From a virus (lineage: Duplodnaviria; Caudoviricetes), in the IMG/VR virus record IMGVR_UViG_3300032050_008231, positions 1 to 26,009 of that record: a stretch of DNA of 26,009 bases, one strand, 5' to 3'. A program made the translations under genes and the position numbers. The notes under the pieces were generated by a model. The model ran no database searches. It had not been told where the DNA came from and worked only from the letters and a program-made list of their open reading frames with translations. Shown here piece after piece: positions 1-8,228 of the stretch; the first letter of the stretch is position 1; every line of letters begins with the position of its first letter.

Positions 1-467
1 CCATAATGCCAATCACCGTATTTCAACGGCGCACGACAAAACCAATGTGCTTCATCCCCACTAGAGATTACTTTGACAGTGTTCGGATCGTATTGTTGTT
101 CGGCAGTCATTGGATGTTTCAGTGTAGCAACATCGTGCATATCTAACAATGCTGGCAGTTTAAGAACATCTTCTACAGGAACAACGACCATATCACCTTG
201 TACATTAATAATACAATCGTAATGTGGCATTTGTTTGTAGGCTTCTGCGATACGTGCAGTACCATTTTCACAGTCATAGGCAAAGATAGCATTGTCTACT
301 TGGTCAGCAATCTCCTGGCTGTCCGTAGCAACGTAAACATCAAACCCTGTTTTCAAACACTGGTCATATACTCTGCGTATAAGAGTTTGACCTCCAACAT
401 CGCAGAGCATTTTATTAGGAAATCTTGTGCTGTCTAACCTTGCAGGAATGACTACAGCAGTTTTCAT
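1..467 (-). CDS. kdsB: 3-deoxy-manno-octulosonate cytidylyltransferase (CMP-Kdo synthetase)-like, truncated by window edge
   Basis: Not in the ORF track; manual translation gives MKTAVVIPARLDSTRFPNKMLCDVGG...VYVATDS...NGTARIAEA...IINVQGD...DPNTVKV...WFCRAP...WHYG, matching KdsB motifs IPARxxSTRxPxK, NVQGD and PNxVKV. Its ATG overlaps the thyX stop (ATGA). Confidence 0.88.
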   Translation of the reverse strand, partial: MKTAVVIPARLDSTRFPNKMLCDVGGQTLIRRVYDQCLKTGFDVYVATDSQEIADQVDNAIFAYDCENGTARIAEAYKQMPHYDCIINVQGDMVVVPVEDVLKLPALLDMHDVATLKHPMTAEQQYDPNTVKVISSGDEAHWFCRAPLKYGDWHY

Positions 468-1147
468 TTTGTCACTAGACTTTCAGTCATCGGAAAGATT
501 GCAGCAATAGCTTTGGCACAAGCCAGTGCTACTAACTGATGTTCTTTCTGTGTACCATTGGCTGATCGCAATTCGATAAAATGTACCCATGAACGAAGTG
601 TGCCGTTCATATAAAGTTTACTTTCTATATTGCCTTCTGGAAGAACACTTCGAGCCTGTTCTTTGGCTAGGCCGTTCGACACAGCCCAAGTGTAGGCTTC
701 TCGAGCGGCTCTAATAACAGCCTGTTGTTTTTCTTCCCATAGACGTGCAAGCTCTCTCTGCTCAGGGTCTGCCATGTCCAATTCGACAGAATTTTGTCTG
801 TTTCTGGTGTCCTGCAACCTTGCTTCTCTAGTGATGAAGTTAAGATCTTTTGTAGGATCAGCGTATCGTTGACTAAACTCTTGGAAGGAAAAACTTCTGT
901 GTCGTAGAATCTGTCGGGCAATGTCTCTGGTGGTGGTGATTTCAACACAGGCCGAAACCATCTCCAAGGGACTCCAGTGTGCGTGTTTAACAAGATATCG
1001 AATAAGCTTCTCTGATGTCTCTGTATTGAGCTGGTTGCTGGGATTGCTGACACGGGCGCAATACGCAATGAGTTCTTGTGCATCGTCGACACCCAATCCG
1101 GCAAATTCTGCTGTGGGTTGTGAATAGGATACCAGTTTAACATTCAT
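464..1147 (-). CDS. thyX: FAD-dependent thymidylate synthase ThyX
   Basis: ThyX signature RHRSFSFQEFSQRY plus ARVS, HWSPLE and EQARSVLP. Start re-called at MNVKLVS (1147) because the longer start overlaps the upstream gene by ~100 nt. Confidence 0.96.
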   Translation of the reverse strand: MNVKLVSYSQPTAEFAGLGVDDAQELIAYCARVSNPSNQLNTETSEKLIRYLVKHAHWSPLEMVSACVEITTTRDIARQILRHRSFSFQEFSQRYADPTKDLNFITREARLQDTRNRQNSVELDMADPEQRELARLWEEKQQAVIRAAREAYTWAVSNGLAKEQARSVLPEGNIESKLYMNGTLRSWVHFIELRSANGTQKEHQLVALACAKAIAAIFPMTESLVTK

Positions 1148-1637
1148 CTTTCTCTTCTTTCTCGTCTGGGAAACACAATGATTCCATTGTTTTATAATGT
1201 TCGTAGGCTTTTTTGAGAGCTTCGAACTTTTCAAGTTTTTCTGGATCAGGAACCAGGATAGCTAATCTTTGCTCCATCTTTGAGATAAAATCTTTAAGAC
1301 TAACATTACCAATTTTAAGATCGCCACCTTCTTTTATATTAACACCATCAGTGTCTATGTTTACGGTAGGTGCAGCATAATTTTGAGTCCAAGTGTAACC
1401 ACTAGTCCCGTTTGTTGTGTACACTCCTCCGCCACCGCCACCAATTGTATAGGTTGAGGATGGTAAAGTTATAGTCGATGAAGTCATATTTAAATCATCC
1501 AAGGTGATAGTTTGTACACCATCCAGTTCCAGAGCTGCACCGACAGCGCCCATGTCAAGATCCAAAGTTATTGTATCAGTGACTGTGATGCTGTCAGTTC
1601 CGCTACCGCTAAGGATGTAATTATCCTTATCGTCCAT
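1137..1637 (-). CDS. hypothetical phage protein, Thr/Gly-rich N-half and charged helical C-terminus
   Basis: 166 aa ORF tightly packed between neighbours on the same strand; no recognisable catalytic motif. Confidence 0.7.
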   Translation of the reverse strand: MDDKDNYILSGSGTDSITVTDTITLDLDMGAVGAALELDGVQTITLDDLNMTSSTITLPSSTYTIGGGGGGVYTTNGTSGYTWTQNYAAPTVNIDTDGVNIKEGGDLKIGNVSLKDFISKMEQRLAILVPDPEKLEKFEALKKAYEHYKTMESLCFPDEKEEKDEC

Positions 1638-1638
1638 A

Positions 1639-1839
1639 TTAGGCCTTTGTTACTTTTGCTTCTTTGCGAGCGTTCTTCTCTGCAGTGATTTCGTTACGGC
1701 GAGCCTTTACACTCTTTGCTACTTCTTGTAGGGCTTTACGAGCACGAGTACCTGCTGCCGAGTTACCTGCTGTAAACTTTGCATCTTCTGCTAAAAATGT
1801 TTCGAAGTCTGCTTTTAGTTGTTCTACTGTATTTGACAT
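1639..1839 (-). CDS. histone H1-like (Hc1 family) small basic DNA-binding protein
   Basis: 66 aa, motif KFTAGNSAAGTRARKAL resembling the Hc1-family GNKAAxxRxR core; SD AAAGGA upstream. Confidence 0.75.
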   Translation of the reverse strand: MSNTVEQLKADFETFLAEDAKFTAGNSAAGTRARKALQEVAKSVKARRNEITAEKNARKEAKVTKA

Positions 1840-1882
1840 AATTGTTTCCTTTAAGTTATGTTATTCTACTTATTCTAGAATT

Positions 1883-1995
1883 TGGTGTGGTCGGTAGGTT
1901 TCGAACCTACAAAGGCTGCGAGTTATACTCAGCGCCCCGTCCCCATTCTCGACTATGAGTCGAGCGGGAGGTCTGCCTATTCCACTCACGACCAC
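1883..1995 (-). tRNA. atypical 113-nt tRNA-like RNA, anticodon CAU, extended anticodon stem and long variable arm
   Basis: Acceptor GTGGTCG/CGACCAC + A + encoded CCA; T-arm GTAGG-TTCGAAA-CCTAC; D-loop GAATAGGCAGA; hairpin CTCGA-CTCATAG-TCGAG extended by CCCG/TGGG; ~30-nt variable hairpin. Confidence 0.8.
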
Positions 1996-2001
1996 AAGTA
2001 T

Positions 2002-2030
2002 ATTATATAACCTTAATCTTAAAAATACAA
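2002..2030 (-). promoter_or_regulatory. sigma70-type promoter for the tRNA-like RNA
   Basis: Minus strand TTGTAT-N17-TATAAT; predicted start site near 1995, the 5' end of the RNA. Confidence 0.6.
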
Positions 2031-2042
2031 TATATGATAGGT

Positions 2043-2048
2043 TAAATA
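2043..2048 (+). promoter_or_regulatory. putative phage late promoter (TAAATA box)
   Basis: TAAATA 10 nt before the first ATG of the + strand radical SAM block; motif recurs at other block starts. Confidence 0.5.
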
Positions 2049-2058
2049 ATAGCAGTTT

Positions 2059-3051
2059 ATGACACACGACTTTCAAAAAATACCCTTTCAAAATATAATT
2101 AAATTTGGACAGAGAACTATGTTAGAAAGACCTTTGTTCTCTGTAAGTTGGATATTAGGAAGATTTTGTAATTATAATTGTTCTTACTGTTGGCCTTATG
2201 CAAGATCAGATAGGATTGATTATCAGACCTTTGAAACATATAAGAATACCGTAGACCAAATTAAAAGCCAAGCTAGAAGTAACGGGTTCACACAGTTTCA
2301 TTGGAGCTTCAGTGGCGGCGAACCCACTGCCTTTAAACAATTACCAGATTTGATTAGATATTTAGATGACGGAAGTGACACTCCTTATCAAAGTATACAT
2401 ATGACTACTAATCTCAGTCCCGGATCTAAGTGGTGGAAAAATTGGGCGAACATCACTTCTAATCTGCAGAGAAGAAGTATAACTGCAAGTTATCACTCAG
2501 AGTTCGCTAAAGAACAAGAATTTGGCGATAAATGTCTTCAATTAATGTACGATACTGTTCATGTAACTGTTAACCAGGTAATGGTTCCGGAAAAATTTTA
2601 TGAACTCTATGAACGCTGCGAACGGTTACACAAACGAGGTATTAATATAACACTGAAACCTCAAAGTGATCCCACAGCCAGTCAGGTGGTAGAAGGATAT
2701 ACAGAGGAGATGATTCATCTAATGCAAATAGGTTTTCCTCAGCAGGCCGACGGAGAAGAAATATATCAAATATCTCTCTATGATCACAATAATCAAGAAT
2801 ATCTGTTTGATCAAGCAGAACGATTTAATGCGTTCGACTTTAATAAGTTTAAAGGTTGGCATTGTAATTCCGGATACCAAAGTGTTATAATACGTAGTGA
2901 TGAAGTAAAAAGAAGTTACAGCTGTCATGATCTACCATTAGGAACATTGACTAACGGGTTTGATTTATTTAAAGAAGCTAAACCTTGTATAACACCCAGT
3001 TGTGTAAGTTCAGCAGATAGCAAAATACCTAAAATAAAATGCAAAACATAA
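2059..3051 (+). CDS. radical SAM protein with C-terminal Cys-rich (SPASM/twitch-like) region
   Basis: CNYNCSYC (CxxxCxxC), FSGGEP, TTN; C-terminal GWHC...SC...PCITPSC. Confidence 0.92.
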   Translation: MTHDFQKIPFQNIIKFGQRTMLERPLFSVSWILGRFCNYNCSYCWPYARSDRIDYQTFETYKNTVDQIKSQARSNGFTQFHWSFSGGEPTAFKQLPDLIRYLDDGSDTPYQSIHMTTNLSPGSKWWKNWANITSNLQRRSITASYHSEFAKEQEFGDKCLQLMYDTVHVTVNQVMVPEKFYELYERCERLHKRGINITLKPQSDPTASQVVEGYTEEMIHLMQIGFPQQADGEEIYQISLYDHNNQEYLFDQAERFNAFDFNKFKGWHCNSGYQSVIIRSDEVKRSYSCHDLPLGTLTNGFDLFKEAKPCITPSCVSSADSKIPKIKCKT

Positions 3052-3063
3052 TAAGGTTTAGTC

Positions 3064-4449
3064 GTGTCTGAAAAAACAAAAAAATTTATAGAAATCATTG
3101 AGCAAAAAACTGGATCTAAAACATTCTGTATTTTACCTTGGATCCACGTAGCCACTCGTCCAAATGGAGATGCTCGACTTTGCTGCGGTTCTAATGCTAG
3201 TCAGGCCACTAACGGAATAATGGATGCTGGCTTGGTAAAAAAAGAAAATGGTATGCCGGCTAACTTCGGAAAAGAATCTCTACAAAGTGCCTGGAATAAC
3301 AAGTATATGCGAGATGTTAGAAAAACTATGCTGGAAGGAAAAATTCCGTTAAGCTGTTTTAAATGTTTCGAAGAAGAATCTAAAGGTATTGTCAGCAAAA
3401 GGATTTGGGAAACATATTATTGGAATGAAGAAAAATTAGAAATAGATCAATTGGTAAAAGAAACAACTCAGGATGGAGAGGTTCCTCCTACAATCAGATA
3501 CCTAGATCTACGATTAGGTCATACCTGTAATTTAAAATGTGTTATGTGTAGTCCGCACGACAGTAGTAGATGGGTACAAGATCACGATCAATTGATAAAA
3601 TCTACAGAGAGTAAAATTGTTTTGCACCAGATGTCTTGGGATAAGAACTCGTTTGACAATTATTGGTACGAAAAACCAGAACTATGGGAAGAAATATTCG
3701 ATCAAATTCCTAACATTCGCCAACTGTATTTTGCAGGCGGTGAACCTTTGATGATTAAAGAACACAAGAATTTTTTAGAAGAGATCATTCGTCGAGGATA
3801 TGCCGACAACATCACGGTTCGATACAATTCAAACGGTGTATTAGTAGATGATAATATTATTGACATTTGGTCAAAATTCAAAGAAGTTAGATTCGCATTT
3901 AGCATAGATGCTCTCGAAGATCGAAATCATTATATTAGATATCCGGTGAGTTGGCAGGAAACTGAATCTGCTCTAATAAAATTAGATAATACCCCAGATA
4001 ATATCAAAGTAGGTATTGCCTGTGCAGTTCAAATATTCAACATCAAACATATTATAGATTTCGCTAAATGGAAGATATTGAAAAAATTTAAGAAGATAAA
4101 TTTATTCGAAGTGTTTGATATTGAAGCAGGAGGTGGGATACTGAATATGCATATGTTATATATTCCCACTTTTCTCTCTGCACGAATTCTCCCTAAAGCC
4201 GATAAAGAACAGTTACGAAAAGATTTTATAGAATTTAAACAATGGTTATGGGATAACTATCGCCAGGATGATGACTTCTGGAAACATAATCCCAATGGAT
4301 GGAATCGTTGGGAAAGTATTCTAAAGTTTGTAGAAGCAGAAGATCATAGCCATCTAGTTCCAGACTTTAAAGAATATGTTAAAAATTTAGACTCGATTCG
4401 TAATACAGACGCTAAAAGAATTTTTCCAGAATTGGATCATTTGCTATGA
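3064..4449 (+). CDS. radical SAM protein with N-terminal twitch/SPASM-like domain
   Basis: N-terminal FCILPW...LCC...CFKC, then CNLKCVMC, FAGGEP, YNSNG, FSIDA; GTG start. Confidence 0.92.
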   Translation: MSEKTKKFIEIIEQKTGSKTFCILPWIHVATRPNGDARLCCGSNASQATNGIMDAGLVKKENGMPANFGKESLQSAWNNKYMRDVRKTMLEGKIPLSCFKCFEEESKGIVSKRIWETYYWNEEKLEIDQLVKETTQDGEVPPTIRYLDLRLGHTCNLKCVMCSPHDSSRWVQDHDQLIKSTESKIVLHQMSWDKNSFDNYWYEKPELWEEIFDQIPNIRQLYFAGGEPLMIKEHKNFLEEIIRRGYADNITVRYNSNGVLVDDNIIDIWSKFKEVRFAFSIDALEDRNHYIRYPVSWQETESALIKLDNTPDNIKVGIACAVQIFNIKHIIDFAKWKILKKFKKINLFEVFDIEAGGGILNMHMLYIPTFLSARILPKADKEQLRKDFIEFKQWLWDNYRQDDDFWKHNPNGWNRWESILKFVEAEDHSHLVPDFKEYVKNLDSIRNTDAKRIFPELDHLL

Positions 4450-5477
4450 AACAGCTGATAGAAATAAAAAACAGCGGATCAAAGACTTTAAAGATTCAGT
4501 ACGAGCTCAGCAATATTTGTAATTACAAATGTTGGTATTGTTTTCCGGGATGTAATGATGGAGATTCTCCTTGGCCAGAACTAGATATAGTGAAGAAAAA
4601 TTTATCTAGGATAATAGAATTTTATTTTGAAAACGGCATAGATAGCATTCAATTAAATTATCTAGGTGGCGAACCTACATTGTGGAAGCATCTAGGAGAA
4701 CTAACACAGTATCTCTGTGAGAATACTAAGTTTGATAGAAAAAAGAAAAAACTCAATATCACTGTACAAACCAACGGTTCTAGAACTGTCAGATGGTGGA
4801 AAGAATATGGTCACTATTTTAGTATGGTTAGCATAAGTGTTCATCACGAAAGAGTAGACTTAGATCATGTTCAAAAAGTAGCTGAAATTTTATTAGATAA
4901 GAATGTTTTAGTAATCACAACAGTATTAATGGATCGTAATGCTTGGGACAAATGTCGGTCGATGATCGATAAACTCACTTCAACGAAGAAGAAGTTTACG
5001 GTAATGGCTAAGCCAATAAACATCGATGGTGTTGTAGATTATGATGAAGAACAATTAAAATATTTAAAAACTACTCGTAAACGATTGCCCTCGTTGAAGC
5101 ATATTATAAAATATCTTATCGAGTTTGCTATGTTGCCCACATACACAGCAATTTTCGACGACGGTACAAAAGAAAAAACAAGAACTGATCAATATTTTAT
5201 TTTAAGAAAATTAAACAAATTTCTCGGTTGGAAATGTACTATCGGGATCAATTGGATTTCTATTAATAGAAAAGGAGAGATTACAGGAACCTGTAAAGCT
5301 AAACTCTATGGTATTGACAATTACTTTAACATCAATGATCCGGATCTTCCAGAGAAATTTAATCCCGTATTACAGCCAGTAATCTGTGAAAGGAATATAT
5401 GTTCTTGTGCCGGAGAAGCGGTGTTAACAAAATGGAAAGAAGCTCCAAAAAAAATTATACCTATATATGAAAATTGA
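4446..5477 (+). CDS. radical SAM protein with C-terminal Cys-rich region
   Basis: CNYKCWYC, LGGEP, QTNGS; C-terminal GWKC...TC...CERNICSC. Confidence 0.92.
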   Translation: MKQLIEIKNSGSKTLKIQYELSNICNYKCWYCFPGCNDGDSPWPELDIVKKNLSRIIEFYFENGIDSIQLNYLGGEPTLWKHLGELTQYLCENTKFDRKKKKLNITVQTNGSRTVRWWKEYGHYFSMVSISVHHERVDLDHVQKVAEILLDKNVLVITTVLMDRNAWDKCRSMIDKLTSTKKKFTVMAKPINIDGVVDYDEEQLKYLKTTRKRLPSLKHIIKYLIEFAMLPTYTAIFDDGTKEKTRTDQYFILRKLNKFLGWKCTIGINWISINRKGEITGTCKAKLYGIDNYFNINDPDLPEKFNPVLQPVICERNICSCAGEAVLTKWKEAPKKIIPIYEN

Positions 5478-6066
5478 TACAGAACATTTACACTATTGGA
5501 TGTGTGCTATAAGAGAAAGTTCGGATCCAAAAAGAACCCTTGATGCGTTTTGGCAAGGCCAGATGAACAGCAAAGAGTGGTTGATAGATCATCTTAAAAA
5601 TTATGTACATTTCGAAAGCAGTTTTGATATCTACGGCGGTTGGGTAGGGGTTCTAGCCAGTATGTTGTTTCAAAGCGATATACCAGTTACTACTATTCGT
5701 AGTATTGACATTGATCCTTCCTGCGAATCTATCGCAGCAACTATGAATAAAAAAGAAGAGATACAAGGTCGATTTAATGCTGTGACTGCTGATATGTGTA
5801 ACGAAAAAAGTCAAGCTGATGTTGTTATCAATACGAGTTGTGAACATATCACCCAAGAACAATACGATTTATGGTTGGCAAGCGTTCCCGATGATTCTTT
5901 GATAGTGTTACAAAGTAATAATTATAATATCGCTGAACACGTAAGAATATCTAACAACCTTGAAGAATTTAAACAACAAAGTGGTTTAAATTATATATTA
6001 TATGCGGGAGAATTAGATTTTCCGCTATATAAAAGATTCATGATCATAGGCTATGTTTCAATTTAA
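5467..6066 (+). CDS. class I SAM-dependent methyltransferase-like protein
   Basis: Gly-rich DIYGGWVG motif I, acidic SIDIDP, TADM, DVVINTSCEH. Confidence 0.75.
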   Translation: MKIDTEHLHYWMCAIRESSDPKRTLDAFWQGQMNSKEWLIDHLKNYVHFESSFDIYGGWVGVLASMLFQSDIPVTTIRSIDIDPSCESIAATMNKKEEIQGRFNAVTADMCNEKSQADVVINTSCEHITQEQYDLWLASVPDDSLIVLQSNNYNIAEHVRISNNLEEFKQQSGLNYILYAGELDFPLYKRFMIIGYVSI

Positions 6067-7153
6067 AGAACTCAACACAGTACATTTAGAAATCAGTAAC
6101 AGATGTCAGGCATCTTGTCCAATGTGTCCTCGCAAGTATCATGGCGGCATAACCAATGAAAATTTGAAAATTGCTGATTGGACTTTTGACGATTTTGAAA
6201 AAATATTTGATACAGAAACATTATCACAGATACGATTAGTGTATTTTTGTGGTAACTTCGGTGATCCTATAATGAACAATGACCTTCTTCGTATGTGTTC
6301 ATTTATTAAAGATAATGCACCAAACATTGAAGTAAGAATTCATACAAATGGTGGCGCCAGAACAACTTCTTGGTGGAAGGAATTGTTTCATTGCCTACCG
6401 ATAAATCATACAGTTGTCTTTGCCATTGACGGGTTAGAAGATACCCATCACATATATAGAATAGGCACAACCTACGAGAACGTTATAAACAATGCCAGAG
6501 CATTTATTGAGGAAGGTGGGATCGCCGACTGGGCATTTATTAAATTTAAACACAATGAACATCAAGCATCGGAAGCAGAGATGCGCAGTAAAAAAATAGG
6601 ATTCAAAAGATTCACAGTAAAAAATACGACCAGATTCGTCGGCAGCGATCGATTCAATGTAGTTGATGAAAAAGGAGATACCATTTATTATCTCGAACCT
6701 CCAACAGATAATAAAGTTTCTTTAATAAACGCAGACAGTATAATTAATTACGAAAAAATTTTAAAGCAAAGCGAAATAAATTGTTATGTTTTAGATGCAA
6801 AAGAAATTTATATCGATGCTCATAAGAACGTATTTCCTTGCTGTTTTCTAGCTTCGGCACCCTATAATTATTCACCAAAGAATACCCATTTAGATATTGT
6901 ACAGACTTATGTTAATAATTTTTATGACAAAACTTTAGAACAATACTACGATTTAACAAATGCATTGGGTGGTATAGAAAGATTGTCAGCTTTAAAATAT
7001 TCTATAAAAGAAATTATAAATGATGATAGATGGCAACGTATCTGGGAAGAATATTGGTCTTCGAAAAAATTATACACCTGTGCTCGGGTGTGTGGAAAGA
7101 CTGGATTTTCAAAACCAAAAGATCAATTTATACTTAGAGTAAACAATGACTAA
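6053..7153 (+). CDS. radical SAM protein with C-terminal twitch/SPASM-like domain
   Basis: CQASCPMC, GNFGDP, HTNGG, FAIDGL; C-terminal INC...FPCC...TCARVC. Confidence 0.92.
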   Translation: MFQFKELNTVHLEISNRCQASCPMCPRKYHGGITNENLKIADWTFDDFEKIFDTETLSQIRLVYFCGNFGDPIMNNDLLRMCSFIKDNAPNIEVRIHTNGGARTTSWWKELFHCLPINHTVVFAIDGLEDTHHIYRIGTTYENVINNARAFIEEGGIADWAFIKFKHNEHQASEAEMRSKKIGFKRFTVKNTTRFVGSDRFNVVDEKGDTIYYLEPPTDNKVSLINADSIINYEKILKQSEINCYVLDAKEIYIDAHKNVFPCCFLASAPYNYSPKNTHLDIVQTYVNNFYDKTLEQYYDLTNALGGIERLSALKYSIKEIINDDRWQRIWEEYWSSKKLYTCARVCGKTGFSKPKDQFILRVNND

Positions 7154-8228
7154 ATTCTTTTCAATAAAACCCGTCAACCAAGATTCATTTGTAATAACTT
7201 GGGATATGGGGCGCAGGTGTAATTATGATTGTAGTTATTGCCCTAGTCACCGGCACGACAATTTTAGTCCTCATGCAAGTTTAGATAGTTTGAAAAGTAA
7301 TGCAGATTTTGTTTTTGAATATATCAATCTTCTATCTCAATACAAAGTTAATAAACAATATCATTTAAGTTTCACAGGAGGCGAGCCGACTGTAAACCCA
7401 CACTTTTTAGAATTTTCAGAATATATTAATTTTAAAAAAATAGAAAAACTTGATAAGGATATCGATCTTTGGTTAGATGTTACGACCAACGGTGCAATGT
7501 CTTCTAAGATAGCAGATGGAATAATTAAGAACTACGATCACGTAACAATAAGTTATCACGCCGAAGTAGATTCTAAACTCAAAAAACAGGTAAAAGAACG
7601 GATTATACAATTTAAAAACAGTGGAATTAAAATGAAAGTCAATGTTATGTTTCATTTTAATTTTTTTGATGAGTGTAAAGATCTATGTGATTGGTTAAAA
7701 GAAAATAATGTTAATTTCATTCCTAGATTAATAGGAGAAAATCCCACCAGTCCGTTCAGTCAGGGACATCTATATACTCAAGAACAAAAAGATTGGCTCA
7801 AAGATTTTTGGAATATCGACGTCGGGCCGTTACACAGACCGTGTTGCGGCGGAAGAAGCTTCAAGATTTGTAATGGTGACACAGAAGAAATAACTAAATC
7901 AGTTAATTACAGAAACTTCAAAGGATGGAGTTGTGCAGTGAATTGGTATTTTTTACATATCGATCAACAGAATGAATTGATATATCATCATCAAACCTGT
8001 CAGGCCAAACTAGACAGTACCAGAGGTTCTATAGGAAAAACTTCAGACTGGGAGTCTGTGATAACAGATCTTCGAGACAGATTAGTAAGCAAACAAATGC
8101 CTATAATACAATGCCCTAACGATCTTTGTGGCTGCGGTCTATGCATACCTAAAAGTAAAGAAAGGCATGATCTATTACAAACCATGCCTTATTTTATTAA
8201 AGATATGTCAGTGTTTAATGTAAGTTAA
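7146..8228 (+). CDS. radical SAM protein with Cys-rich C-terminus
   Basis: CNYDCSYC, FTGGEP, TTNG; RPCCGGR, GWSC, TCQA, CPNDLCGCGLC. Confidence 0.92.
   Translation: MTKFFSIKPVNQDSFVITWDMGRRCNYDCSYCPSHRHDNFSPHASLDSLKSNADFVFEYINLLSQYKVNKQYHLSFTGGEPTVNPHFLEFSEYINFKKIEKLDKDIDLWLDVTTNGAMSSKIADGIIKNYDHVTISYHAEVDSKLKKQVKERIIQFKNSGIKMKVNVMFHFNFFDECKDLCDWLKENNVNFIPRLIGENPTSPFSQGHLYTQEQKDWLKDFWNIDVGPLHRPCCGGRSFKICNGDTEEITKSVNYRNFKGWSCAVNWYFLHIDQQNELIYHHQTCQAKLDSTRGSIGKTSDWESVITDLRDRLVSKQMPIIQCPNDLCGCGLCIPKSKERHDLLQTMPYFIKDMSVFNVS

Noticed and set aside
198-437. 79 aa + strand ORF
   Set aside because: Antisense shadow of the KdsB-like gene.
667-1143. 158 aa alternative-frame ORF and 921-1127 antisense ORF
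   Set aside because: Fully inside thyX, no motifs.
1883-1995. tRNA-Sec or tmRNA interpretation
   Set aside because: The loop centres on CAT, not TCA; discriminator is A with a 7/5 fold; a full D-arm is present and there is no tag reading frame.
1870-2091. 73 aa minus ORF as a possible precursor peptide
   Set aside because: Overlies the tRNA-like gene and its promoter; no SD.
2059-5477. Viperin-like or MoaA/PqqE assignment for CNYxC radical SAMs
   Set aside because: Resemblance is limited to generic radical SAM motifs; no partner genes (moaC, pqqA-D) are present.
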